Assembly (NCBI GenBank): GCA_951406725.2
Contig: OX597817.1
Location: forward strand, 61,442,001-61,506,000
From: Octopus vulgaris
Lineage: Eukaryota
Direction: 5' to 3'
Length of the DNA: 64,000 nt
The first letter of the stretch is position 1; each line of letters opens with the position of its first letter. Below, in pieces: positions 26,660 to 40,535 of this stretch. A model generated the notes under the pieces. It worked only from the letters and a program-made list of their open reading frames with translations, searched no databases and was not told the DNA's origin. Position numbers and translations under genes: made by a program.

Positions 26660-27062
26660 TCCTCTTTTACTCTTTTACTTGTTTCAGTCATTTGACTGCG
26701 GCCATGCTGGAGCACCGTCTTTAATCGAGCAACTCGACCCCGGGACTTATTCTTTTGTAAGCCCAGTACTTATTTTATCGGTCTCTTTTGCCGAACCGCT
26801 AAGTAACGGGGACATAAACACACCAGCATCGGTTGTCAAGCAATGCTAGGGGGACAAATACAGACACACAAACACACACACGCATATATACATACATATA
26901 TACGACGGGCTTCTTTCAGTTTCCGTCTACCAAATCCACTCACAAGGCTTTGGTTGGCCCGAGGCTATAGTAGAAGACACTTGCCCAAGGTGCCACGCAG
27001 TGGGACTGAACCCGGAACCATGTAGCTGGTAAACAAGCTACTTACCACACAGCCACAATCCT
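26660..27062 (-). mobile_element. SINE family B (tRNA head, CORE-like domain, LINE-like tail), near full length
   Basis: Minus: GTGGCTGTGTGGTAAG...GGTTCAGTCCC...CCTTGGGCAAGTGTCTT...GGTGCTCCAGCATGGCCGCAGTCAAATGACTGAAACAAGTAAAAGAG. Confidence 0.85.
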
Positions 27063-28058
27063 GACATTTTAACAACTCGTAGAGGCATCTAACAACGCCG
27101 TCAGTCAAGCTGATACCGACGCAAAATATGCGACAACTAAAGAAGTTATCAAGTCGTAACCCTAAGACTGCTCTGGCGAGAAACTTTATAAAGATCAACC
27201 AGCGTAAGAGCACCTACGTATAATTCGACAGGGAAGGAAAAGCAGGACGTAAATAAACTAACACCGATTGTCAAGTGATTGGTGAGGGGCAACAATCACA
27301 AACTTTCATATTCTGTACATATGTTGAGAAAATGTCGAAGCAAACTTGAAAATCAAATGAACTGAAACAGAAAACAAAAGCTGAAAATTAAACAAAAAAC
27401 CTTAAAAGGGTACAGAAACATTTTTATTTAACAAAAAAAAATGTTTTAAATACTACTACTACTACTACTACCTTACATAGATACAAGTTGTATAACTCTT
27501 ATTTTTGAAATAGGAAAATAGGATATTGTTTTTCATGTCATACTCAAAAAATTTAGATGTGTTGGGGAATGGTTTTTGAGGCTGCTGTTAACGCTCAGAA
27601 CGGCTTTGCTGCCAAAGCTTACCTTTGTACAGTCAATATGCTATTGTTGATGATGATATTGGTGATGATGAAGTTTTATGTTGAGTTGATAATGTGGATA
27701 ATGCTGAATGTAATAATCTTGGTTCTATGGATGTGAAAGAACATATGAATGCGTGTGAGTGAGTGCGCATAACAAGTTATATATAAAAATAAACAAGTCC
27801 GTCACGAGATTAGCAAAAGTGATGGCGAAATGTCGGCAGGTTAGCCTTCGTCATGCATATGTATTAAAATTATTATTTTTAACAAATATTAACGTTCAAG
27901 TAAAATGAAGTAAATTTGTTATCTCGTGTTTCTTTACCAAATTTCACATTCAATTTCCAATAGTTATGTTTATGAATGAGTGTGTGTGAGCGTGCGTGTT
28001 CGCTCGCTTGTGTGTACATGTGTGTGCTTGTATGTGTCTGAGTATTTTGAAATTCCTG

Positions 28059-28384
28059 TCATATGGACGTTTGAGCCTTAGCCTGGCGGAGTTCACTTCT
28101 CAGATTTTTAACTGACTCACATTTTGGCAACTGATTTTCGTTCATTTCCAGTGAAGTTCTCAATAAATTTTCACGTTGTTTATTCGACAGTGGATTGTTG
28201 AATCCATCGAAGAAGCATTCATCTCTAAATATACGAAGTTCATTATGAAAATCCTTCTTGAATTTTTCGTTCCTTCTACATATATATCTAAAGCACAAAT
28301 GTAACGTAGCCACCACAACTAGGATTGTTCCGAAAAGGATGAGTATAGAAATCCAGGTTGGCAGTGCATGATATATATCATTTC
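28059..28384 (-). CDS. Terminal coding exon of a single-pass membrane protein
   Basis: Acceptor tctttctaatttcag|GA (phase 1); NDIYHALPTWISILILFGTILVVVATLHLCFRYICRRNEK...QTSI*: hydrophobic helix followed by a basic/Cys stop-transfer segment; AATAAA at 27423-27428. Confidence 0.7.
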
Positions 28385-29699
28385 CTGAAATTAGAAAGAC
28401 ATGACATAAAGGTTTTGTATTAATAATCAGTAAATTAAGGTTTCATGTTAATAAGACTTAGAACAAGAAAACCCGGGCTAATTAAGGCGCGGGCATGGGC
28501 GTGTGGTTAAGAGGGCCATTTTGCAACCATACAGAGTCAGATGAGGGATCTCATCATATTCTCATGAAACCTGTTACTTGTACCATGTAAATCAGTACTA
28601 CTTGTTCCATGGTCGAGTAGTCGGCGACTAAACAGGCCTTCCCAATGGAGTAGCTTGCTAATTTTGTGAGGAGGGTGTCTGGATACCCAGTAGCATTAAA
28701 ACCAAGAGCTGTCGAAGAACGGATGAGCTCCTTGTGGGTCAAGGGGTACACTATGAGAAGATCGGAACGAAGTAACGCTGTGGCCTCAGGCGATGGGAAA
28801 ACTCGCGCTTAATCAGGAAGACACTTGCTGTAGTGTCATCAACGCACAGTAAACGCGTACGGTACATGACAACAACAAAGGCATAAATATTCTTTTCTAC
28901 TCTAGGCACAAGGCCCGAAATTTTGGAGGATGCGGCCAGTCGATTAGATCGACTCCAGTACGCAACTGGTACCTAATTTATCGACCCCGAAAAGATGAAA
29001 GCCAAAGTCAACCTCGACGGAATTAAAGACATAAATATTAATCGCTTTTTAAGTACAGAGAAGATGTAAGAAAAAGAACAACATAATGCCATCTTTTAGT
29101 TAAAAAATAGTTTAAAGTTGTTACAGAGGTCAACTGGGATGATTAGTCAGGTGATAAATTCAATTTGCTTCTTGCTAAGCAATGATTTAAGGAGACAAAA
29201 CAACCAAGACTTTCTATTCTAATTCAAAGAAATTTAACATCCAAATTTTTTATTCGTATCTTTAAAAATTCACCAAATGTAGATATTAGCGTTGAGAAGT
29301 GTTGACGGAGGGACTTCACACAGATTTTTAAATCCGCAATTTTATACATTTATACTATATATCTGCTTCTAGGCCCAATGTAGTGCGTGTTTCGCTTCTA
29401 AGTAAAGAACGGAACGGTGTGTTTTGAAATGTTAAAGTGCAAGCTAGGAATGATGAAGAAAAACAAAGCAAGAGTGAGTTGTATTAAGCGTGTCATATTT
29501 AGATAACATTACACGACTAATGTACGAGTTTACACATATATGGGATCATAGGTGTGTGTGTGTGTGTGTGTGTGAATATATACAAATATATGTATATGTA
29601 CCACGGGCAGCTGGATTTATGTATGAACGTATGCAAATATATATGCAGAGGTGTACATAAACACATACATACGTGTGTGTATGTGTGTGTGTAGATATA

Positions 29700-29980
29700 T
29701 ATATATAACATGTTTGGTATATATATATATATAATGCATATGTATCACGTATATTTAATACATGTGTATATGTAATGTATGCATATAAATATTATACATT
29801 TCTACTAATATTTATATAGAACATATACTTGATACATATGCCTTATATATATATATATATATATCAAACATGTTATATATATATATAATGCATATGTATC
29901 ACGTATATGTTCTATATAAATATTAGTAGAAATGTATAATATTCATATGCATACATTACACATACACATGTATTAAATAT
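29700..29980. repeat. Nested inverted/direct repeats in AT-rich DNA
   Basis: tattatacatttctactaatatttatatagaacatatac vs gtatatgttctatataaatattagtagaaatgtataata; aatgcatatgtatcacgtatat occurs twice. Confidence 0.75.
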
Positions 29981-30318
29981 TTATGTTGAAAACATATATA
30001 CAATACGTATATTTATACAAATTATGGTTATAAGGTATAAAGATGAGTGAAAATGAGTAGGTGGAAGCAGCGTAGAAGCCCCTTGATTAGATTTTACCTT
30101 TAGTTTAATTGGTAACAAGCAGGTCATACATAGTATCATTCTAAGAATATCTCTACACATATTGATAACACACACTTGTATGTGAGTATGTATGTAAGAA
30201 AATGTTAAATGTATTAAATTGAGAAGTATTTTTAAAAGAAACAGTTAAAATGCGAATAAAACCATAAACACACATTTACTACACAGAAAAGAGCAGATAA
30301 AATATATAGGTAGCTTAC

Positions 30319-30346
30319 CGTTAATCACGAGAGTAACATTAAACAT
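30319..30346 (-). CDS. Candidate first coding exon (MFNVTLVIN-G) of the same gene
   Basis: caaaATG context; donor AACG|GTAAGC, phase 1, matches the 28384 acceptor; ETS-like ACGGAAGT near 30540. Confidence 0.5.
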
Positions 30347-31139
30347 TTTGTCAACGGTGAAAAAATAAACGATCTTGTAATGACAAGTTAAGGCTCTTTC
30401 GTATAGAAAGGCGAGCAAAACAAATTGTCGTTTGAAGTAGAAATCTAGGAAGTTGTCTATGAATAGTGCAAAGATCAATGTGCTTTGGGTTCTACGTTTA
30501 CGATGTCGTATAATAGCAAAACAATAACAATAAGCAGAAACGGAAGTTGTGACTTAATACACATTGAAATAAAAGAAAATAAACGATAATATAAATATAT
30601 TTTTTTTAAATTTTAATTAGTAGTGATCAAACAAGGATATTTATAAATAGATATACAAAAATTTATGAATCACTCCGCAAACTAAACCCTACTTACACAC
30701 ATACACGAACATGAATTGCCAGGCAGATAAGCCGAGTTCTTATACTCCCCTCTGTTCGGCACTCAGTCTTTGGTTGCTCTTGCTACACTTGCTGCTGGTC
30801 ATAATCCGGAAATAAATTGTAAATGTAATCCTTAACGTTGAACCCTAAACACGGATCATAATTATATCTCGAGTATATTCTTTAAAAAAATATTTTAAGA
30901 CCACTTATCCTACTTTTGAACAAAATGCTATTATTTTGTGCGCTTTTAATAGCTTCATCATTCGCAGAATCATTAGTATATAGTATATACTCCAAAATCC
31001 TACGTTCTGAGTTCAAATACCATCGTCGTCAATTCTGCCTTTCATTCTTCGGGGTATGATAAAATAAGCAATCAGTATAGAATGGTAGATTAACGGGAAA
31101 TCTTTTCTGGTTCTTTCTACTTTCCGGTTTGTGAAGAAG

Positions 31140-33190
31140 TTTTGAGAGACAAAACTTCATATGAAGAATTACCTGTCGATCCAAAAACCAATTTCGGAGA
31201 CGAACTTGACAAAATAATTCTGGAATTGGAGGGAAACAATTTCATTAAGGCCGAATCCATGATATTACGGTCAGAAAGAACACCTATATTTTACAGTCTC
31301 CTTAAAATACACAAAAAATTAGAAAGATTTCCTCTAATGCGCCCAATTTAAAGGGGATATGAATGTTGTACAGCCAAGATTTCGGAATGGCAGGATGGCT
31401 TTCTACTCCTTGTTGGAAAACGATTAAGTTCCTATATTCGGGGAAGTTGTTGATTTTATGACTAAAATCAACACCTTTTTTAAGCACCGAGACCTTGTCA
31501 AGAACTGTTTTTTTGGTAACCATGGATGTTTCTTCCTTATATCTCAATATTGACCACGATGAAGGGGCAGAAGCATGCATGGATGTCTTCGAAAAGCGGT
31601 CAAACAAAAGTATTCCATCAAATTTTCTCTGTAGGTTATTGAGGTTTCTGGTACAAAGTAATACCATGAAATTTGGACAAAAAATTTACCACCAGACAAA
31701 GGGTTGTGCCATGGGTACAACCATGGTAGTTAATTTCGCTAATGTCTTCATGACGAAATCCGAAACACAGTTACTGAAGACATTCAAATCCCTTCATGGT
31801 CATGAACCAATACTCTGTTTGCGGTTCATTGATGACGTCTTTTTTGTCTGGGAAGGATCACGGGATAGTTTAATTGACTTCTTGCATTTCTGTGACTGTT
31901 ATGCTAAAAGCTATGGCTTTAAGTCCAACATAAAATTTACGACTAGTGTTTCAAAAACTAGCGTTGAATTTTTGGACACAAAAGTTTTCTGGAGGCAGAA
32001 TAGTGACAGAGTTATTTTACAAGGCCACGCCATCTCACATTTACCTCCACCGCCGCTCCAATCATTCGCATCATATTTTTTGGATAAAACGGATTTGTAC
32101 TGACATAGGGGATTACTGGAAACATGCAGATGCTTTTGTACAGCATTATGTCAAACGCGCTTACAGTGAATCACGGTTAAAAGAAATAGGAAAGTAAGTC
32201 AAACCTTCACGCATAATTTTAGCCAACACAATGCAATATGTGATAGAATTCCTTCAGTGATTAACTGGCACCGAAATTTCGCTGGTACTCCAAAAGTGTT
32301 GCATGAAAGTTACCAGCATGTTGCAGGAAAGTATCCTCGTTTCAAACAGATATTTCCTCAGCCGACTTTAGACGGAATAAGGATATTGAACTCTATTTCT
32401 GATTCCACGAAAACTAACATTGGAGTTTCTGCACGCTGTACATTGAAAAACCGACATAAGAGAGGTAAGCCCTGTTCATTGTGCAACAACATGAGTCGAG
32501 TGAATTCCATCAGGAATCATAACAGAAATGTTATGATTTATACAGAAGTTGGGACATGTCGAGATTCCCTTTTGGTGTACACGGCAGAATGCACGAAACA
32601 CAGCTTGATTTATGTTGGTTGTACAACAGAACGATTAAACAAAAGGTTTAATGGGCACAGATTTGACGTCAGGCACAATAATAGTAGTTCGACAGAACTT
32701 GTCGAACATTTTGCTTCAAACGACTGCAATTTTGAAAAAGACTTAAAAGTGCATATTCTCAGAAAATATTCTGAATCTGTTTCCTTTTCAATAATCAAAA
32801 TGCATGAGGAGAAATATGTTTGCAGGTTATTACCATCCCACCCTCCCTGGAGGAATGAATAAAATGACAAGGGAATATCATCAAATTTACACAAAACTGT
32901 TTGAGTGGATATTCTTTTTCCTTTCAAGTGCTTAGAACCCTGCTGATAATTCTTGCGGTCACTAAGAGACAAACGTTTTGCAGAAGCTCTACAGGGCATC
33001 CTATTTCAATTTCCTTCAGCCATTTGTCTATATATTGGTTTACTGTTCCCAAGGCACCAATTGACAGGCACAAACTTTACAGTTCTCATGCTCCAAATTG
33101 TTCCTATTCCAAATTTTAAGGGATTGTATTCTTTTGTTTTTCATCCTCTTTCTTTTCGATCCTGGAATCAAACGGACATGATGGGTCGGT
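31140..33190 (+). mobile_element. Decayed Penelope-like element (RT + GIY-YIG)
   Basis: FYSLLKIHK..RPI, LVTMDVSSLYLNI, YHQTKGCAMGT, LRFIDDVFFVW, FLDT; GIY-YIG LVYTAECTKHSLIYVGCTTERLNKRFNGH; decayed HHR at 32938-32996. Confidence 0.9.
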
Positions 33191-33915
33191 AAGTAACCAA
33201 CTTCACTTTTCTTTATAATTGTTATGTCTGGTCTATTATTTTCTTCCTGACCATTTGAATAGGAAATTCCCATAAAATCTTACATTTTTCCGACTCCAGT
33301 ACTCTTTCAACCCGATGATTGCACCATATGTTTCCAGCTTCAAGTCTCCATTTCAGACACAGTTTCCATTGTAAAACCTTTACAACCTGGTTATGCCACC
33401 ATTTTTTATAGTCTTCTTGTACCATCTTGGGCATTCTCCCACAATGGGTTTCATTGTCTCGTTCCAAGTTCTACATTTTTCTGGCATTTTCTCCATATAT
33501 ATTTTTCCTTGAGTTGTTTGTTTTTATCGCTTGATCTTGGGCTCTCTGCTTCTGTTTTTTATTGCCCCTTTTTCAACCAGGCTCAGGATTTTGTTCCACA
33601 TACAACTTCAGTGGCTCTCTAAAATTGACCATACAGAAGTTTCTCTTCAATCTGTCTGACGCGCTCTCTTTGTATTTCGTTCTTGTCCTTTTCTTTTATT
33701 ACGCGCTTCATCACCAGTTCTTTATTCACTGCCTTTAGTAGTTTTTCTGTGCTGCTCTGTAAATTTTCTACTAGGTGTTTTCTTTCAATCTATACACATA
33801 CTTCTACTGCTATTAAGCCTTTTCCATCCTGGTCTCTCCTCAAGTTAAGCCGGTTAATATTAGCTTTTGGATGCTGGACTCCATACATCGTCAACAACTT
33901 TCTAGTTTTCTGTCA
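33190..33915 (-). mobile_element. R4/Dong-type LINE C-terminal fragment
   Basis: HNQVVKVLQWKLCLK...VLESEKCKILWEFPIQ; RPDITI in adjacent frame. Confidence 0.7.
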
Positions 33916-33919
33916 AGCT

Positions 33920-35762
33920 TCTTTACCCTGCAGTGTAGGGCCATTCCTCAGAAAAGATGGTTCACTCACAGGAAACTCAATGAGGATAAGTGGAATACTA
34001 AATGAGCAATTCAAAAGTGTTTTCACTCCACCCCCAGGACTCTTGTACGTTAGCAACCCAGCTGACTTTTTCGATACTGCAGATACAAAAACAGAAGCGG
34101 TGATGATTGATACATCAATATAAAAGAAGATGATATAACGAGGGCTATGGATGAGATGAACCCGAATTCAGCTACTGGCCCTGATGGACTTGCCGCAATC
34201 CTTCTAAAATCATGTAAGCGAGTCCTAGTAAGACCACTGCAGTCTCTCTTCCAGAGTTTACTTGCAACTGACAAACTTCCAAGAGAGCTGAAGGAAGGCA
34301 AAATATGACCCATTCATTAAGGAGGTAGCAGAGCAGAGGCCAAAAACTACAGACCTATCTCTCTGACCTCGCACATCAGCTAAGTCATGGAACGAATAGT
34401 CAGTAGAAAACTAATCACCTTCCTTGAGGAAAATAACTTGCTGATTGACACCCAAAAAGAAGCTGCCTAACTCAGCTCTTAAAACATTATGACTGGGTGT
34501 TGAAACAGCTCCTCAACCATTCAAATGTGGATGTGATATATCTCTACTTCGCAAAGGCTTTTAACAAAGTTGATCATAGAATATGTCACAAACTGCGTGA
34601 TCTCGGCATAGTCGGGAAATTGGGAGAATGGCTGCATGACATTCTGAAAGATAGAAATCAAGCAGTAGTAGCCAATGAGACCACCACCAATGACATGCAA
34701 ATAGTGGTGTTCGCAAGGCACTGTTTTGGGACCAGTACTGTTCATAATGGACCTCTCAGATATGCCCTCAGCCATACAGAGAGCTACGAACACAGGTTAT
34801 GCAGATGATACATAACTTGAAGATTCTATTCACCTGAAACGTGATTTACATGAAACATACAAGTGGGCTGAGAAGAACAGCATGCAGCTTAATGCTGGAA
34901 AGTTTCAAGCCTGGTGCTATCAACATGCAAAACTAAATTCAATACAAACCAAATACACTGGATCTGGAGGTATTGCAATCCCAGAGATACAGTCAGTGCG
35001 TGGCCTGCGCATTTATATAAGTAATGATGCATCCTTACATGTGCACGTTGCTAGATTGGCAAGGAAATGTAGGCAGCTGACCGGATGGATTCTTAGAACT
35101 TTTAGAACTAGGGATCAGGAAACCATGATGGTCCTTTGGAGGACATTTTTCCTAAGCCACTTTTACTATTGCTCCCAGCTATGGTCACCAACCAGTGTAA
35201 AATTAATTGCATAACCTGAGGCAATACAACGAAGCTACACGAAGATAGCCACTATGTGGTATATAAGCTACTGGGAAAGACTCAAGAGATTGAGACTCTA
35301 TTCCCTAGAGCGTAGGTGCGAAATATATGCCATAATGAACATCTGGAAGATCCTAGGGGGACTTGTCCCAAACGTTGGCATTGAGAGTTACACTAAGGCT
35401 AGAACATGGCACCACTGCATAGTGCCAACGACCCCAACTTTGCCATCAAGATATAGGACAAGATATGCAACAGCCTGGGCTTTAAAAGACCACAGCTCTT
35501 CAATATCCTCCCGAAGAACCTGAGAGACCTGCACGGGTGGATTTAGGTGTCTTCAAAATGAAACTAGATCTCCTACTGTCAAACGTTCCAGGTGAACCAA
35601 CTTTACAGTAGGAAGGGCAAATGAGGACAGTGGCGTCAAACTCCCTTATACACCAAATTTCAAGTTCGAAAATGAATTAGCGAAGTAAAAGTTATGTAGC
35701 AACACCGAATGGTGGTGCCCCAGCATGGCCACAGCTCATGAGCTGAAACCAGTTCAATTCAA
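33920..35762 (+). mobile_element. 5'-truncated, decayed CR1-group LINE with intact 3' tail
   Basis: Collinear with ~46215-48090; tail GGTGGTGCCCCAGCATGGCCACAGCTCATGAGCTGAAAC + (TTCAA)2 + (TA)n. Confidence 0.9.
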
Positions 35763-35789
35763 TATATATATATATATATATATATATAA

Positions 35790-36155
35790 TAATAAATATT
35801 AGGGAATAAATCCAAATTTACAGGGAAAAAAATCAGATTTAGGATTAAATCCAATTTTATAGTAAAATATTATATAATATTAATTCGAGACAAAACCATA
35901 TTTTGCAAAACAAACAAGGAAAGACTTAATCAATACATAAAAATTTTAATATAAAATAAATAAACCGCCACTACAATCGTTTCATGTCTTCAACTGACAT
36001 TCGCAGGTGGATTTCCGATCTTCTAATCAGTTTTAGAAGATCGGAAATCCACCTGAAACGATTGTAGTGGCGGTTTATTTATTTTATATTAAAATTTTTA
36101 TGTATTGATTAAGTCTTTCCTTGTTTGTTTTGCAAAATAGGGGTTTTGTCTCGAA

Positions 36156-36165
<10 letters not shown>
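35790..36165. mobile_element. Fold-back Penelope-type cassette with decayed minimal HHR (minus 35968-36010)
   Basis: IR arms ~35876-36025 / 36032-36165; CCAC-CTG.CGA-ATGTC..GACAT-GAAACGATTGTA-GTGG. Confidence 0.7.
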
Positions 36166-36207
<42 letters not shown>

Positions 36208-36319
36208 GTATGTGTATACATAGTGAAACTATTAAAAGTGAAAGAATAAAAGTGAAACTATTTATAACTTACTCCGTCGAAGGTTTTATATAAATATATA
36301 TATGTTCCGAGTACACGGT

Positions 36320-36740
36320 TTCTAGGGCCTGAAATTTTGTGAGCGGGGGTTAGTTGATTACACAGACCGAGCGCTCATCTGGTACTCATCTTATCGACCT
36401 CCGAAAGGATGAAAAACAAAGTCGACCGCAGCGAAATTTGAATTCAGTGCATAAAGACGGAGGACGAAATGCCGCTAAGCATTGTCTCCGGCCTACTAAT
36501 CAGTTTGCCAGTTCACCGCCTTGTCCTGTCCTGCCTTTGAAAATACTCCGGCAAGCTGTCAATGCGGCAAGCTGACAGAATAGTTATTCGCCGGACAAAA
36601 TGGTTCGCAGTATTATGTCCGGCTTTACGCTCTCAATATAAATCTCGCCTCTCATCCTTTCAGAGTCGATAAAATAAAAACCAGTTGAGCACCAGGATCG
36701 ATGTACTCAACTAACTCCATCCCTCAAAATTTCAGGCCTC
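36320..36740. mobile_element. Two divergent family A SINEs (-, +)
   Basis: Core motifs at 36380-36450 and 36650-36710. Confidence 0.65.
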
Positions 36741-37632
36741 GGGTAAAAAGAATTAAATTGCATTTTCCGGTCTGTAGCCAAGTGTATTACTGGTTCGATT
36801 TTATCAGCCACAGAATGATGAGGCAAAATTCATATGATGGAGATGAAGGCCATGTTGATCCCACCCCAAATTAGAGAGTGTCGGAATTAGATATAACTTT
36901 TTCTCGTTTATTGCGGGTGTTTGTTTCAAAGTAAAAAAGGAAACGGGTTAAATGAATCAGTGATAAAGAAATAAAAGAACATTTGGGTAAAATAGGTTTC
37001 GTCCCGAGAACCCAAGTTGACCTGAGCATTGTGAATGGTCGCTTGGGTGCGCTTTCGTGGTCTAAACTGAATCTTTGGCTGATTGCTGACTTGTGTTATC
37101 ATGGACAAATTCGTGATTAACATAACACAGTCCACAACTGTTATCCCGGATCAGGGATTAATAAATCCGCGATAAACGAGGATAAATGTATTGTATCTAA
37201 ATACTAAATAGTGTAATATCATTTGTTGTATCGGTGGGCATCGATATTGCTTTTGGAACGTGATCAAAGATTAATATCGACCGGATGAATCGGTAACTAA
37301 TTTTTCTTATTTTCCTCTGGTGTTATTTTTTTATGATGTGTCTTGTGTGTTCTGTGTATTGGTGTCGGAATCTTATCTAGAATGGTGGCGCATTTTTCAG
37401 GAAATTTTCTATTTATATTTGTGTTATGTTCTTTTAAATGGCATATTGTAATGTATCCTCGATGCTTGTGCGTGGTTAGCGTTCATAAATAGGAAGGAAT
37501 TCAACCTCCAGGAATATGTGAAATGAAGAATTTAGTGACTGTTTTTGCGCAGAAACATTGGCAAAGATCATTAGCGTAATAATAATTTAATAAAGAAATT
37601 CTCTTCATTATTATTATTATTATTATCATTAG

Positions 37633-37835
<203 letters not shown>

Positions 37836-37837
37836 AA

Positions 37838-39050
37838 AGACGGCGAGCTGGCAGACTCGTTATCACGCCAGGCTAAATGCTTAGCGGTATTTCGCCCTGT
37901 CACTACGTTCTGAGTTCTAATTCCGCCGAGGTTCACTTTACCTTTCATCTTTTCGGGGTCGATAAATTAAGTATCAGTGAAACACTGGGATCAATGTAAT
38001 TGCCTCATTCCCACCTCCCCCAAGCTGCCATTGTGGCAAAAACCTGAAATAATAATTATCATTATTATTATTAAGATAGCAAGCTGGCAGAATCGTTAGC
38101 ACGCCGGCCAAAATGCTTAGCAGCATTTCGTCCACCTTTACGTTTTGAGTTTAAATTCCACCGAGGACATCTTTGCCTTTTATCCTTTCAGAGTCAATAA
38201 GTTCCAGTTGAAAACTGGGGTCACTGTAATCAGCTTAATTGCTGGCCATGTGCCAATATTTGAAGCCATTATTATTTGTAGTAATAGTAGTAGAGGCGGG
38301 GGGTGGATAGCAAAATCGCTTGAGTATCTGACAAAATACCTTACAATAGTGGTGCCACCTCTCAGTTAACGTTCGAACGAGAGGAAGTAGTGTGGAAAGT
38401 GCTGAACGTGGAAGCTGGGTTGAGTATTGAAACCATTGCTTCTCGACGATCTTATAACTCGACCAGCGAAAAGACGATGAAAAAGAAATTAGTTTTGAGG
38501 GGAGAAGAAGTTGATTCCGTTAATCCTAGGGTTCCACTGTTACTTAGTTCATCGACCCGGAAAGCATGAAAGGCAAGGTCGTCCTCGGTGGTATTTGATC
38601 TCAGAATAGGAACCTGAAGAAATGCTGTTGAGTATTTGTCCGGTGTGCTAACGATTCTGCCAAATCACTGCCATAATAAAAAAGAAAATAATTCTTTCTC
38701 AGTTTTGTCACAAGGCCTGCAATTTAGGTGTGGAGAGGGAAGTCGATTACATCGACCCCATTTCCTGTTTGGTACTTATTCATTCTATCCAAAAAGGACG
38801 ACAGATAAAAATGGCCTCGGTGATATTTGAATTCAAAAAGTTAAGAACCGGAAGAACAAGAAAATTATCCTTTCTGCTCTGGGCACAAGGCCTGAAATTC
38901 TTGGGAGAGGGGAATAGTCGGTAACATCTACCCCTGCGCTCCACTCTTACTTATTTCATCGACCCCCAAAACAGAATTTGAACTCAGAACATAAAAAGAA
39001 AAGGTGGGGGCCAAGCATATTTTTCGGTGTGCTAACGATTCTGCCAGCTC
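37838..39050. mobile_element. Cluster of at least five family A SINE copies in both orientations
   Basis: Heads at ~37840 and ~38077 (+); reverse copies ending in GATTCTGCCA at ~38655 and ~39040. Confidence 0.75.
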
Positions 39051-40004
39051 AGAAACGAAAATAATGAAATCATCTACAGGGTAGTGTCCCAAATGTCTGT
39101 CATGTAATTAATTAAGCTCTGATGCTAACTCACAGCCATAGTAATGGGACATACGGTAATTTTACGTTTTCTTCAAGATTCCATTCTCATATCTGGAAAC
39201 ATGTTTACAAAAACAAATACACAAGAGAAAAAATATTTTAATTACCAGCTGAAGACACTGCTTTTATGCTAGTTTTCGTTGGCTGAATGTTGTAACGAGA
39301 CAACTGGAATTTGAAAAACTTTAATTAGAAGCCAAAACGTGATTAACTATCGAATCATAAGAAGCGGATGGATACAGCAGTTCTTAATTTGCATCTCAAT
39401 TTCACTTCCTTTCTATCTTTTTCTCTTCTTTATTCTCCATTGATCGCTGTATACTTCATTCATAAACAAGGAAACAAGTGATAATCATATTTATATAATT
39501 TAAAGATTAGCACGAAGCATAAAGATGCGCGAAATATCGACCTGTTTAGAAATAGCAGTCAAAGTCCCAATTCAATTGCCAAAAAAGACCATAATAACAG
39601 AAAATAACAGAAAATAAACAGACAAAGAATTAAGAAATTAAAAAGCATACCATTAAGAACTATGCCATTCAGATGCTCATGTACCATGGTGTCGGGTGCT
39701 GTCCTAATGGGCCTCACCCTTCTTCAGTATGAGTTACTGGATACAAAATTCTAAATCTGTGACGTTGTAATTCCATTAGCGTTCTGGCTTGTTTTGCGTC
39801 GAAACCAATCCACCTCAGTGCAAATATGTTTATGAGCAAATATTCGAAATAAGATATTACTATTGTTAATATTATTTGTGGTTAATATTTGTAATTGATA
39901 ATATTTTTCTACTCAAGACACAAGGCTCGAAATTTTGGTGGAGGTGGAGGGGGCAGGCGATAAGATCGACCTCAGTACGCAACTGGTACTTAATTTATCG
40001 ACCC

Positions 40005-40200
40005 AGATCACATTAAACTTCGATTCATCACTAAAATGAACCTGCGACCAATGTTCTGTCCAAACGACATGTTCGTGAGCGAAACGAAGACGGGTTCTTT
40101 GATTCTTCTTGGAGATCAGAGGTTTTTTTGCCGGTGTCCGAGCAAGCAACCCAGAACCTCGTAACCTCCGAGAAACTGTTTCATGCGATAAGTTGACATC
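40005..40200 (-). mobile_element. Tc1-like transposase fragment
   Basis: SHETVSRRLRGSGLLARTPAKKPLISKKNQRTRLRFAHEH...WSQVHFSDESKFN. Confidence 0.85.
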
Positions 40201-40204
40201 GGAA

Positions 40205-40535
40205 GTGTTACAGTATCTGGTCCTGTATTTTGATGGCGATACTGGGATCTTTGACACTATGCAGTGGCACCCAATTCTGCAGTTTGAGTAACTTTCAATG
40301 TCAAAATTTGGTACAAGGCCTTCCATGATTTTCCAGATGTATATTACTGCATAACCTTGCCGCCTTCGTTCTAGGGAGAATGGTTTTAATTCTTTCAGTC
40401 TTCCCTAGTAGCTGATAGGTTTGATTGAGACGATTTTCTTAGTGTAGCTTCGTTGGATTGCTTCGAGTTCCGCCGTGAATTTTGTATTATGTGGTGACCA
40501 TCATTGAGAGCAGCAGTCCAAGCGACTGAGGACAT
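40205..40535 (-). mobile_element. CR1-group LINE C-terminal fragment
   Basis: YVLSRLDCCSQ...YIWKIMEGLVPNF...YRTRYCN. Confidence 0.8.
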
